A stretch of DNA of 64,000 nucleotides from Williopsis jadinii (Eukaryota). Below the pieces are notes generated by a model. The model was not told the origin of the DNA and ran no database searches. It saw only the letters and a list, made by a program, of their open reading frames with translations. The DNA is taken from NCBI GenBank assembly GCA_024346625.1, contig AP024667.1:248001-312000 (forward strand), read 5' to 3'. Each line of letters starts with the position of its first letter. Positions within the stretch are counted from its first letter, which is position 1. Positions 23,645 through 34,301 of the stretch are shown here, piece after piece. The position numbers and the translations under genes are program-made.

Positions 23645-24235
23645 ATGACCTTAGAAGCCAGCATTCAGTTTGCTCCCAATGTTACCACAGACGTGGTGTT
23701 CGAAGAGGTTGCCGAGACGTTGATCCAAGGGTTCGCAAAGGTCAAGATGGGCCAGGTAGGTGGGTTCAACCAGCCTACTGAGGCTAACAGAGCGAAACAG
23801 GCTGCGTTGTTTCGTGCTGAGTCTCAGAAAGGTGCGCTGGTGGTTGAAGACGCCAACCATGAGTCCATGGCTGTCTGGTTCCCACCGGCTTATCCACGTG
23901 GTGCGCAGCCAAAGAAGGATGATGATGCTAGAAAGGAGCCAGACCAGGAGGTTTTTGATCTCATTGCAGAGAAGGAGCTCGCAGCTGACAAGAGGCTTGA
24001 CATGGTCAACAAGAACTGGTATTTGCATTTCCTGGCAAGACGTCCGCAGTCGACATCAAGCTCAAGCCTGTTGGTGAGACCGGTTCTTGAGAGGGCGTCG
24101 AAGGATGGCTTGAGATGCTCTTTACTGTGTGTGAACGCAGATGTGCTACCTGTGTACGAGCACTGGGGGTTCGAAGTGAGGGAGACGTTCAACGTAAAGG
24201 GAGTCGTATGCTGGTATATGGTTAAGGAGCCATGA
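23645..24235 (+). CDS. GNAT-fold acetyltransferase-like protein, copy 2 (tandem paralog)
   Basis: Collinear similarity to 22762..23361 (AVWFPP, WYLHFL, LVRPVL, PVYEHWGFEV, WYMVKEP). First ATG at 23645. Confidence 0.75.
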   Translation: MTLEASIQFAPNVTTDVVFEEVAETLIQGFAKVKMGQVGGFNQPTEANRAKQAALFRAESQKGALVVEDANHESMAVWFPPAYPRGAQPKKDDDARKEPDQEVFDLIAEKELAADKRLDMVNKNWYLHFLARRPQSTSSSSLLVRPVLERASKDGLRCSLLCVNADVLPVYEHWGFEVRETFNVKGVVCWYMVKEP

Positions 24236-24311
24236 TGGAAAGATTCTACAGCTACAGCTGTCACTGGAGGTGTATAAGATATTTGTCTAATTGATATATT
24301 TATGAGTCTGA

Positions 24312-25901
24312 TTAGATGTACTTGTATGGATTGAGGATGGCATTTGGATCGTAGAGTTGTTTCAACTGTTTCATCATCTCAATCTCTGGCTGGGACTTGG
24401 TGTAGCCGATGTAATTCTTCTTTTGGAATCCCAATCCGTGTTCTGCGGAGATGGAACCCTTCTTTGAAGAGACCCACTCATAGACAAATGGTTCAAGTGC
24501 CTTCTCGACGCTCTTCTCGTAACGTCTGACAGCAACGTTCAAGTGTAGGTTACCATCACCAACGTGACCGTAACCAACGGCATCGATAACTGGGAAGTCC
24601 TCAGTGTCACCAAGAAGACCTGCTTGTGTCAGTCTCTCTCTGGCAGCACCCACGAGTCCGTACAGGTCGCTCAATGGCAAGGAGACATCGTACTTGTAGA
24701 CACCACCGTTGATTTGACAAGCCTCTGGGATTTGCTCTCTCCAGTTCCACAGTCCCTTCAATTGAGTCTCATCTTGGGCAATGACACCGTCCTGGATGAC
24801 CTCGTTCTCAAAGGCACTCTCCAAGAATGCCTCCAACTTCTCAAGGTCATGTTCACCGTTGGAACCAGAGGTCTCGATGAGGATGTAAAATGGATGCTGT
24901 TCCTCCAATGGGTAAGCCGTCTTCAAGTGCTTCTTAGCCAACTCTTGACAGCTCTCATCCATGAATTCAAAAGCGGACAAGATCTCACCGAGCTCAGACT
25001 TGGCCTTGACGAAGGTCTTCATGACAGCTTCGTATGACTCAACACCAAGGAATGCAACGTTGAAGTTCTTTGGTCTTGGTGGGCACAGGATAGACAGACC
25101 AGTAATGACACCAAGGGTACCTTCGGATCCGATGAAGAGCTGTTTCAAGTCGTAACCGGTGTTATCCTTTCTGAGGGCATCGATCGAGGAGACGATCTTA
25201 CCGTTGGCAAGAACAACCTCAAGACCCAACACTGAACCGTGAAGAGATCCGTAACGCAAGAGTCTCAATCCTCCAGCGTTGGTTGCAACGGTACCACCAA
25301 TATGACAGGAACCCTTTGCACCCAAATCCAATGGGAAAATGTACCCGTTCTCAGCCAAATGCTGATCAGCAACTTCAAGAACAACACCTGAGTCGGCCTT
25401 AAAGATACCGGAGGTGGTATCCAAGGATCTAATCTTGTTCATGTTTGCCAAACTGAGAACAATCTCGTCAAAGACCGGAACAGAGCCACCAACCAGACCG
25501 GTGTTACCACCTTGTGGTACAACAGCGAGGTTTCTCTCGTTAGCATACTTCAAGATCTGAGAAACCTGCTCAGTGGTCTTAGGCTTCAAAGTGAGCTTAG
25601 ACTGACCACGGTACTTTCTCATCCAATCCTCGTTGTAGAAGAGCAGGTCGTCCTGGTCCTGGATCAGCGCATTCTCTGGCAAAATCGACTTGAAGTAGTC
25701 GATGTCACTCTGCTCCAACGTGGCGTAACGCTCGTCACGCTTAACATTCGGATACGACTCTGCGGTGAGCTTCACAGTCTTTGACGCAGAGTACTGTGTG
25801 GACGAACTGTGGAACAAAGCAGCCCTTGAAGAAGCACCACGTGCAATACGCGAGGAGAGCACAACGCTCGATGAACCTCTCTTGATTATCTGTCTCAGCA
25901 T
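24312..25901 (-). CDS. DLD2: Mitochondrial D-2-hydroxyglutarate / D-lactate dehydrogenase
   Basis: [52 protein letters not shown] and LNPYK motifs, with a presequence. Confidence 0.95.
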   Translation of the reverse strand: MLRQIIKRGSSSVVLSSRIARGASSRAALFHSSSTQYSASKTVKLTAESYPNVKRDERYATLEQSDIDYFKSILPENALIQDQDDLLFYNEDWMRKYRGQSKLTLKPKTTEQVSQILKYANERNLAVVPQGGNTGLVGGSVPVFDEIVLSLANMNKIRSLDTTSGIFKADSGVVLEVADQHLAENGYIFPLDLGAKGSCHIGGTVATNAGGLRLLRYGSLHGSVLGLEVVLANGKIVSSIDALRKDNTGYDLKQLFIGSEGTLGVITGLSILCPPRPKNFNVAFLGVESYEAVMKTFVKAKSELGEILSAFEFMDESCQELAKKHLKTAYPLEEQHPFYILIETSGSNGEHDLEKLEAFLESAFENEVIQDGVIAQDETQLKGLWNWREQIPEACQINGGVYKYDVSLPLSDLYGLVGAARERLTQAGLLGDTEDFPVIDAVGYGHVGDGNLHLNVAVRRYEKSVEKALEPFVYEWVSSKKGSISAEHGLGFQKKNYIGYTKSQPEIEMMKQLKQLYDPNAILNPYKYI

Positions 25902-26098
25902 CGTTGGAGAATTGGTTTGTCCCTTTGATGAAGCAAGTCCTGAATTCCATTCAAAATGGGTAATAAAGATTCACTGACTCGGGGGAAGTTTTTTTTTCTC
26001 CGCCTCATCACCATATCACGTGACCTTCCTTTACTCAAACATATACAATACTACTCATTCTGGGTAACTTACCGAGAGGTTTCCATTCAACTATCGGC

Positions 26099-27061
26099 TT
26101 AGCGTCTCTTGCGAGGCCCCAGGAACCCTGAGCGTGAAGGGAGATATTTACCAAACCCATTTCTTTGCTCATCTCTGTCGTTGTTCTTGTGCTTCCCACC
26201 ACCTCTTGGGAAGTTGAGAACGGACTCTGCCCTGTTCATGGCACTCTTGCCGTTGTCATTTCTTCCTGTGCTGGGTATATACGGTAAGCTTTGGGAGTGG
26301 GACAGAGACTGTTTATGTCTCTTTTTGTTCTTGCTATCATCTGATTTCCGGAAGGTGTTCTTCACCTTCTCGACGATGCCTGACTTTGAAGGCTTGTAGT
26401 CATCGCGCTTCCGCTTCTTGCCCATGCTGAAATAGATGTCCCGTACCTCCTTTGGTAAATTGTGGCCTGAGAACGCGCTGCCATCCACTGCGGTGCTTCG
26501 TGCGTGCCTGCTGGAGGTACACTCGTCTCCGTAGTGGCCTTTCTCTGCGCATCTGTAGCAGTATATGTTGTTGGGCAACCCCATTCTGGAGGGCATCGTG
26601 TTCGTCAGATACGATCTCCAGATGCTGGGACATCTGTCCATCGTGTGGCCGCCAGAACCACAGTTCTGGCAGTAGATTCTCCGTGCCTTCAGCTTACAGT
26701 CAACCTTGGCGTGGCCCTTCTCTCCACAGTTATTGCACACCATGGTCTTCGGACACTGCCTCTCGTAGTGGTCCCCAACAACACCGCACGAACGACACAC
26801 CACAACCTTACACTGCGCCTTCTTATGGCCCTTCTGGTGACAATGGGCACACTCTATCGACGCTGAGGGGTCGCTGGTGCCGAAGTAGCGCCCTTCACCA
26901 CGCATCTCAACAAGCTCATCCGGGTTATCGTTAACCTCATCAATCGTAGGCGCTATCGACTTTTGGTCTCGAAAGTCCACCTCTCCAGACTCAACACTGG
27001 CACTCCGACGTTAGTACCTCACACTCATAAGACAACTTCACGCCAATACTCACACCTCCAT
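26099..27061 (-). CDS. AIR2: TRAMP zinc-knuckle protein Air1/Air2, 2 exons (27061-27054, 26996-26099)
   Basis: Five CCHC knuckles, RGEGRYFG, IWRSY and SAFSG. Intron 27053-26997 (GTGAGT..TACTAAC..CAG) supplies the ATG. Lies between DLD2 and THS1, as the AIR2/AIR1 ohnologs do. Confidence 0.88.
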
Positions 27062-27342
27062 AGTTACCGCCAACGTTACGCTTATATCAACAAGTGTCTC
27101 AAGAGCTTGTTGTCACAGCTCGTTGTTGTTCGTCTCATCGCGCGCAGCCCAAAGTGGGAAAGCACACCGGAGAAGGAAAAATTTGAACTCCGAGGCCCTC
27201 GGATTTCAGAGCTAGCCGCCAACCACAAAAACAAAATTGCCGCCAGCAGCGCAGAGAGAGAAAAAACGAAAAAAAAAACACGTCGAATGAGTCAACGAAG
27301 AAACAAAAGGAAATCGTACAATTCCAACAAAGCCGATCCACA

Positions 27343-29568
27343 ATGTCGCAAGAGATTGCTGAGAAAGTTGACAAGCTGTCCATTGGATCTGAGGACAAGA
27401 AGCAAGCACCAAAGGCGCAAGGTGCCGGTGGTGCTCCTTCTGGCGGAGCGCCAAAGAAGGAGAAGAAGAACAAGAAGGATAAGAACGCTGGTGCGGTATC
27501 CAGCACCATCTACTTGGACCCACAGCCTGAGTTCATTGACGAGAGAATCCAGCTGTTTGAGAAGTTGAAAGGCGAGTACGACACGTTTGTTGCTTCTCAG
27601 CCACGTTCCGCCATTAAGATTACGCTTAAGGACGGCAGCGTCAAGGAAGGTGTTGCATGGGAGACATCTCCATTTGAGATTGCAAAGGAGATCGGCAAGT
27701 CGTTCTTGGAGAGACAGTGTATCTCCAAGGTGAACGGTGAGCTTTGGGACTTGGAGAGACCATTGGAAGGTGACGCGCAGCTGGAGTTCTTTGACTTTGA
27801 GACTGAAGAGGGCCGCCGTGTGTTCTGGCACTCTTCTGCGCATGTGTTGGGTGAGGCGTGTGAGTGTAACTTGGGTGCGCACATCTGTTTGGGACCTCCA
27901 ACCGATGATGGTTTCTTCTACGAGTTCTCCGTCAAGGGAGGTGAGGTTGCTGTTTCGCAGGCTGATTTCCCAAACTTGGAGTCTGTTGCCAAGAACGCTG
28001 TGAAGCAAAAGCAGAAATTCGAGAGATTGGTTATGAGTAAGGAAGACCTTCTCAAGATGTTTGCATACTCGAAGTATAAGACCTACTTGGTGCAGACAAA
28101 GGTGCCGGATGGTGGCTCCACCACCGTTTATAGATGTGGTCCGCTCATTGATTTGTGTGTTGGTCCTCATATTCCAAACACTGGTCGTATCAAAAACTTT
28201 AAGCTGTTGAAGAACTCCTCTTGTTACTTCTTGGGTGATGCTACAAACGATTCCTTGCAAAGAATCTACGGTATATCCTTCCCAGAGAAGAAGCAAATGG
28301 AGGAACATCTCAAGTTCTTGCAAGAAGCTGCCAACAGAGATCATCGTAAGATCGGTAGAGAGCAAGAGTTGTTCTATTTCAACGAGATGTCACCAGGTTC
28401 TTGTTTCTGGCTACCACACGGTACCAGAATCTACAACACTTTGGTAGACTTGTTGAGAACAGAGTACCGTAAGCGTGGTTATGACGAAGTCATCACTCCA
28501 AACATGTACAACGCTAAGTTGTGGGAAACCTCTGGTCACTGGGCTAACTACCAGGAAAACATGTTTACATTCGACGTTGAAAAGGAAAAGTTTGGTTTGA
28601 AGCCAATGAACTGTCCAGGTCACTGTCTCATGTTCAAGTCTCGTGAACGTTCTTACAGAGAACTACCATGGAGAGTTGCTGACTTTGGTGTCATCCACAG
28701 AAACGAGTTCTCCGGTGCGCTCTCTGGTTTGACCAGAGTTAGAAGATTCCAGCAAGATGATGCCCACATCTTCTGTACTCATGATCAAATTGAAGATGAA
28801 ATTCACTCCATCTTTGATTTCTTGAGATATGTCTATGGTGTTTTCGGTTTCGAATTCAAGATGGAACTCTCTACAAGACCAGAGAAGTACGTTGGTGAAA
28901 TTGAGACATGGAACAACGCCGAGGCTAAGTTGGAATCTGCCTTGAACAAATGGGGTGGTAAATGGGAAGTTAACCCAGGTGATGGTGCCTTCTACGGTCC
29001 AAAGATTGACATTATGATCTCTGATGCCTTGAAGAGATGGCACCAATGTGCCACCATTCAGTTGGATTTCCAATTGCCAGACAGATTTGCCTTGGAATAC
29101 CGTACAAAGGATGTTGCCTCTGAAGACACGAAAGATACTGATAGACCAGTTATGATCCACAGAGCCATCTTGGGTTCCGTTGAGAGAATGACTGCTATCT
29201 TGACCGAGCACTTTGCTGGTAAGTGGCCATTCTGGTTGTCTCCAAGACAAGTTCTCGTGGTTCCAGTTGGTGTCAAGTTCTTTGACTACGCCCAAGAAGT
29301 TGGTGCTAAGTTGAAAGCTGAAGGCTTCTACGCTGATGTTGATTTGACCGGTAACACCTTGCAGAAGAAGATTAGAACTGGTCAGTTGCAAAAGTACAAC
29401 TTCATCTTCATCGTTGGTGATCAAGAAGAACAATCCAAATCTGTGAACGTTAGAAACAGAGATATCACTGATTTGCAAACCAAGAACGATGCCGTTCCAT
29501 TGGAGACGGTCATTCCACAATTGAAGGAATTGAAGGAGTCCAAGAGATTCGACAACGCATTGATTTGA
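27343..29568 (+). CDS. THS1: Cytosolic threonyl-tRNA synthetase
   Basis: TGS domain, [41 protein letters not shown] and IHRAILGS. Confidence 0.98.
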   Translation: MSQEIAEKVDKLSIGSEDKKQAPKAQGAGGAPSGGAPKKEKKNKKDKNAGAVSSTIYLDPQPEFIDERIQLFEKLKGEYDTFVASQPRSAIKITLKDGSVKEGVAWETSPFEIAKEIGKSFLERQCISKVNGELWDLERPLEGDAQLEFFDFETEEGRRVFWHSSAHVLGEACECNLGAHICLGPPTDDGFFYEFSVKGGEVAVSQADFPNLESVAKNAVKQKQKFERLVMSKEDLLKMFAYSKYKTYLVQTKVPDGGSTTVYRCGPLIDLCVGPHIPNTGRIKNFKLLKNSSCYFLGDATNDSLQRIYGISFPEKKQMEEHLKFLQEAANRDHRKIGREQELFYFNEMSPGSCFWLPHGTRIYNTLVDLLRTEYRKRGYDEVITPNMYNAKLWETSGHWANYQENMFTFDVEKEKFGLKPMNCPGHCLMFKSRERSYRELPWRVADFGVIHRNEFSGALSGLTRVRRFQQDDAHIFCTHDQIEDEIHSIFDFLRYVYGVFGFEFKMELSTRPEKYVGEIETWNNAEAKLESALNKWGGKWEVNPGDGAFYGPKIDIMISDALKRWHQCATIQLDFQLPDRFALEYRTKDVASEDTKDTDRPVMIHRAILGSVERMTAILTEHFAGKWPFWLSPRQVLVVPVGVKFFDYAQEVGAKLKAEGFYADVDLTGNTLQKKIRTGQLQKYNFIFIVGDQEEQSKSVNVRNRDITDLQTKNDAVPLETVIPQLKELKESKRFDNALI

Positions 29569-29716
29569 TTCTCATAGAAGATTATTCTTTATATAATTCA
29601 ATAATTAACAACATTTACACTTTGAATAGTACAGAGCTTCTATAGCTACGGAATATGATATGATAAGTATATATATATAAGTATTGAAGTGAATATGGGG
29701 GTGCTGTTGTTGTTGT

Positions 29717-30688
29717 CTACCACTTGGAGTTCTCCAGCTCATCAGATTGGTGTCTCTCTTGATCTAGGAGTTTATCAAAATCTGATTGGGAAGTTGAGTT
29801 TCCTTCTGGTGTGCTAGCTGAAGGTGAAGATGAGCCGATATTTGGTATGGTTGACTGACTTCTTAGACGGTCCCAACTACTGGCAGACTGCGATGACTGT
29901 GTTCCATTTTCCTCTCTGACTCTATCCCAAGCAGATGACCATTTCTTTCCCTCCTGTACTGGCTCTGCAAAAGGATCATCATCGGTAGGTGTAACGCTTT
30001 TGAACTCATAGGTCTCATCCTGTGTCTCTGCTGGTTCGGATGGCTGTGCTGCAGGGACAACACCTTGTTGTTGTTGACGCTTCTCCAGTTCCAGTTCACG
30101 TCTTCTTTTACTCATCTCTGCCCTTGGACCACTATATAGCCCCATAGGGTCTCTTCCAGAGTACAGAGTCTTTGTTCTGAGCTCTGCTGCTGCCTTGGAT
30201 CTTGGGTCTTTCATGATATGCTCCGGACTATCCATGGTCAATTGGTAGTATAGCATCCACTTGGTGGTCTCTCCTGGCTTCAGCATACTGGCAACTTCAT
30301 AGCACGCGTTGTCCTTTTGTCTCAGCTTCTCCAGCTGCCAGTTGTAGGTCTTGATTGCGAAATACGGGGAAGTCAGCATCATCGCGCCGATACCAAAGAG
30401 CATAGCAATACCAACGTTGGTCCCCTTTGTAGACCCAGTTCTGATCTTTTGGCGATAGAAGGGAATACTGGTCACCGCAAAGAAAGTACCCCAGCCCAGT
30501 CCTAGCGTCGCATACGACACCGTGGAGTAGGTCTTCGCCAGTATGGATCTCTGGTCCCTTGTGAGTAGGTGGTCCTTCTCATAGAACTCGATCGCATACT
30601 GGTACGCCTGCTGAGCAACAGGATCCAGCTTCTTCTCGTCAATGGAGCCATCAGGGTTCATGGCGCCTTCTTGGATTGCAGCATTCAT
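29717..30688 (-). CDS. Mitochondrial membrane protein, YIL077C (DUF1689)-like
   Basis: AIEFYEKD..L...R motif, two TM segments and SAWDRVR/SWDRLR motifs. Position between THS1 and SEC28 matches YIL077C. Confidence 0.75.
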   Translation of the reverse strand: MNAAIQEGAMNPDGSIDEKKLDPVAQQAYQYAIEFYEKDHLLTRDQRSILAKTYSTVSYATLGLGWGTFFAVTSIPFYRQKIRTGSTKGTNVGIAMLFGIGAMMLTSPYFAIKTYNWQLEKLRQKDNACYEVASMLKPGETTKWMLYYQLTMDSPEHIMKDPRSKAAAELRTKTLYSGRDPMGLYSGPRAEMSKRRRELELEKRQQQQGVVPAAQPSEPAETQDETYEFKSVTPTDDDPFAEPVQEGKKWSSAWDRVREENGTQSSQSASSWDRLRSQSTIPNIGSSSPSASTPEGNSTSQSDFDKLLDQERHQSDELENSKW

Positions 30689-30929
30689 ACTTTATATACC
30701 AATTGGCCTGGAATTGCTGAACAAGGAACAAGTTTTGCTACCGTTTCGTCCCTCTGTATATACATCTACGGATCCAAACCCCGGGGTGGCATGCTCTATA
30801 CTTCCGGGGTTATCACGTGATATCCTCCCCTCGGAACATATGGGATTGTGGACACGGTGAAAGTTTCAAAGATTTGAGCCCTTTTGCTGTTTGTTTTGAT
30901 GCTCTTTTGATGTAAACAAACTGAAAATA

Positions 30930-31861
30930 ATGTCTGAAAGTGACGGTATGTGGATGAAATGAGCTCGTAGATGTGCTGAGACTAACACCTTCCTTTTCAC
31001 TTAGAGCTCTACACTCTGCGCCAGCAGTTCTTCACCGGTGAGCTGGAGGAAGTTTCCCAGATCTCCCTCGAGGACTACAACGACGAGACACAGGATCTCG
31101 CAATCGAGTATAAGCTAAGGTCGTTGATTCTACTCGGTAAGTTCAAGGAGGTCCAGAGCCTGGCCAAGGGCATCGACAATGCCGTTTTGGCCAAGACGGT
31201 CTCTCTCTATGCCGACTTTGTCCAGGGTCAAGACGTCTCCTCCAAATTTGACGCTTTGATCTCGGAGGAGAAGCGTGAATCTATTGTACAAAACTTGGGT
31301 TCTTTCTACTTGGTTAAGCAAGGACGTACAGACGAGGCCATCACTCTGCTCCAGCACCATGAGAACTCGCTGGAGGCTGTTCTGCTGCTGGTACAATTGT
31401 ACCTTTCACAGGGTAAGCTGGAGCTGGCTGAGAAGGAGGTCTCTGTCGCCTCATCTTATGCGCAGGATAGCATCATCTTCAACTTGGCTGAGGCGTATGT
31501 CAACTCTGCGAAAAACGGTGAGTCGCTGAGAGGCTCCTTGTACTTCTTTGAAGAGTTGAGCCATTCGCACCCTACTGTAAAGACACTTGTTGGCGATTTG
31601 GTGTTGAACTTCCAATTGCGTCAATTCCCTGAGGCTGATGAAGTGTTGAGAAAGATTGCTGAGACCAACGGTGCCAGCGCAGAGTTATTGGCTAATGAAT
31701 ACGCATATGCTCAGATCAAGGGTGATTCTACAGAGGCAAGCGACAAACTGAGCCAGCTATCCAAGCTGGATCCAAATTTCCCAACGGTATTGGACATTGA
31801 CGAGAAGAACAAGTTATTCGACTCCATAGTGGAAAAGTACAACAGTCAGATCGTCAATTGA
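30930..31861 (+). CDS. SEC28: Coatomer epsilon subunit, 2 exons (30930-30945, 31005-31861)
   Basis: Intron 30946-31004 (GTATGT..GACTAAC..TAG) gives MSESDELYTLRQQFFTG. DSIIFNLAEA..YFFEEL epsilon-COP motifs. Confidence 0.9.
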
Positions 31862-31903
31862 GTATTTTCAAATATATAAATGGGGTATATATGTGGATAT
31901 CGC

Positions 31904-32425
31904 CTATTCCAAGACGTAGACGTAGTACTCAATACCCAACTTTCCAGCGTCATCTCTGATGAAGATACCTCTACCCAAGAAGTTCTTACCTTTAGCCCAT
32001 GTGGCTTCAACAGCACCTTCACCAAATTGGAAGGAAGGATGGTTAGTGATGTAAGCCTCTCTGTGGTCGAATCCCTTGGCTCCACCTTGGATAACTGCAA
32101 GGGCCTTCTCATTCATGACAACAACACCATCGTACCAGATGTGAACACCAGCTCCGTTGGACTTCGATTTACCCCAGAGATCACAATCCAGGTTGGTCAC
32201 CTCTGGCTTATCAGCAAAGGTTCTCAGAATATCCCAACCCTTGGTGATCTCCAAGTCCAATGGATATGTTTCAGGGTCAACAGATTTGGCGTAACCCCCG
32301 TCAACCATCACGACAGTCTCGGTGCCCTTTGCGTTGTTAACGACGGCATCTGGCTCAGCCAGATCCAAGTGGATGAAGAAGGCTGGCTTCAGTGAAACCA
32401 GGTCAGAAGGGTTAACAGCAGACAT
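31904..32425 (-). CDS. DUF3237/UPF0311-like beta-barrel protein
   Basis: Pattern GG..GWD..LD......G..I..Y.G..Y....P.F..G...W....F.G.G..IEYYVY recognised by eye. Probable start MSAVN at 32425; TATATAA upstream (plus-strand tttatata near 32503). Confidence 0.65.
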   Translation of the reverse strand: MSAVNPSDLVSLKPAFFIHLDLAEPDAVVNNAKGTETVVMVDGGYAKSVDPETYPLDLEITKGWDILRTFADKPEVTNLDCDLWGKSKSNGAGVHIWYDGVVVMNEKALAVIQGGAKGFDHREAYITNHPSFQFGEGAVEATWAKGKNFLGRGIFIRDDAGKLGIEYYVYVLE

Positions 32426-32973
32426 TGTAATTAGTTCAATTGGAGTTCCAGGAGTTGCGAATGGAACAAGAAAGGCCGTCCATAAATGGGACAATGTTGA
32501 GGTTTATATACCCGGGGGGAGCTGCCTCCCCTCATGTCATTGTTGTTGCCCGTAACAACATCATCCGAAACATCCAGACACCAGACTTGTACGAGGAGCT
32601 TGATGGTTTAGGGCAAAGAGGGAGGCGGTGATTGGAGGAGATGGCACCATCTGGTGGGTTGTATAGGAGATTGGTGTGTGTTCTACGTTGTATGTGTTGG
32701 GTATTGACTGGTTGTTGTGCGTGTTTTATGGCTCTAGGCCGCAATTTCACGTTGAATTGGTTAGGCTTTCCATCTCGTGATGCACTTACACCAACATTGA
32801 AATCCCCGTCAGGAGGGAACAGAGGTGAGGAATGGGTTCGTTAGATTGGATTATACAAGCCTGGGCCCACGACGCTCAGGGGAAGACTCGAGAGTGCCAT
32901 ATCGTATCGTATCATGTTGTATTGTATGGTGTGAGTAGGCAGAACAAAAGAGAAGAAGGGCTTTGAAAGGGTA

Positions 32974-33981
32974 TCAATCCTCCAGCTTGATCTTACCTGA
33001 TTCGATCCACGCAGGGTCTAAGAGATCATCTCTGGCATCGTACAGCAACTTGTAACTTGTCTTGATAGTACCGTCACTGACTCCTAGTTTCTCTGCGATT
33101 CTTGCCGGTGATGTGTCCGCCTTGAATAGGAGTACAGTCATGTAGATAACGGCAGCCGCAATGGTAATTGGCGATCTACCAGCCAACACACCGGTGTCCT
33201 GGCACTTCTTGACAATGTACTCTGCGGCATTGGTCAACTGCATAGAAAGACCCAAATGCGAACAGAATCTTCTGATGAGATCCTCTGCAGAAGTCTGAGA
33301 GGACTGGAAGTTCTCCTGTGTGGCAAATTGGTGGTTCTCCTTTGATTTCTCCTCCAGTATCTTCTTGATGATACCAAAGACACGGCCAATCTCCTTCTTG
33401 GGCACACGGGTCAACGTGCAAATCTCCTTGAAAGTTCTATCCACCTTGGCCTTACGACACCCAACTTTGATGACAGCAGCCATGATACTCTCCTGGCTCT
33501 TACCCTTCAGCACTTTCTCATCGTGGGTCAGCTTGTAAGCCTGTTTAGCACCATCAGCCACAATCTTCGGTAGCTGAGCAGCCTCGCACATCATCTGGAT
33601 CTTCGCATACGCCGCATGCAATGCGTTGTCCTTCTTATCCACGATACTCTTGCTCTGTGCCTTGCTCAAGTCCCTGCCAACCCTGGCGTTATCACCTTGC
33701 GAACTGATCATCGTGGATAGCTGGTTACCATCCAGCAACGGATTGCTGGCCTCACCGACACGCGACGGATCACCACCATTCTGGTCATCGTTCGAGAAAG
33801 TACGCCATTCAGAACGTGTATCAACAACCTTGTTGGAAAGCACAAGTCCACACAGCGCACAGACAACATCTCCTTCGGAAAACCTCTCAGCCAGCTCGGG
33901 TGGGAAAACCTTACACTCAGGACATGATAAGATGATGTTAAGATCAGGACCAGTTCTCGGAACAACCTCGGCAATCGTCAT
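32974..33981 (-). CDS. SUA7: Transcription factor TFIIB
   Basis: Zn ribbon [31 protein letters not shown] and cyclin repeats ([10 protein letters not shown]). Confidence 0.97.
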   Translation of the reverse strand: MTIAEVVPRTGPDLNIILSCPECKVFPPELAERFSEGDVVCALCGLVLSNKVVDTRSEWRTFSNDDQNGGDPSRVGEASNPLLDGNQLSTMISSQGDNARVGRDLSKAQSKSIVDKKDNALHAAYAKIQMMCEAAQLPKIVADGAKQAYKLTHDEKVLKGKSQESIMAAVIKVGCRKAKVDRTFKEICTLTRVPKKEIGRVFGIIKKILEEKSKENHQFATQENFQSSQTSAEDLIRRFCSHLGLSMQLTNAAEYIVKKCQDTGVLAGRSPITIAAAVIYMTVLLFKADTSPARIAEKLGVSDGTIKTSYKLLYDARDDLLDPAWIESGKIKLED

Positions 33982-34183
33982 CCTGCCTTGCCTCCTTCCA
34001 ACTGAAGAGAAAGAACGATGATGGCGAAGTGGCAAAGAGTTCAATGTTGTGTTGATTTTGGCGTGTGTTTTTTTTTCTTGCCGTTTTCAGTAACACCAGT
34101 TCCGCCAAATTTGCGCAACATAAGAAGCGAAAAAGAGCGCCAATGTCCGTATCCGGTAATTACCGAAATAGGAAATCCAGGAA

Positions 34184-34203
34184 GCTCATCGCATGAAAAT
34201 TTT
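34184..34203. promoter_or_regulatory. Adjacent PAC (GCGATGAG on minus strand) and RRPE (TGAAAATTTT) ribosome-biogenesis elements upstream of NUG1
   Basis: gctcatcgc-a-tgaaaatttt about 100 nt before the NUG1 ATG. Confidence 0.75.
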
Positions 34204-34301
34204 GTGAGGCCTCGAATATTTTTTTTCACCGTTTCTCTCTCTTTTATGGATCGTTTGTATACGCTCAGTAGACCAATTAGAGCACAGAGTAGTGGACCAA
34301 G

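Noticed and set aside
26016..26024. TCACGTG motifs (also at ~30813, 47272, 47295 and ~54393) as point-centromere CDEI
   Set aside because: No AT-rich CDEII or CDEIII follows; these are ordinary Cbf1-type promoter sites.
27292..29520. Long antisense ORFs (357 and 285 aa) over THS1, and similar ones over MAP1, CBR1, ANP1 and DLD2
   Set aside because: These are shadow ORFs caused by the codon bias of the sense gene and have no protein-like motifs.
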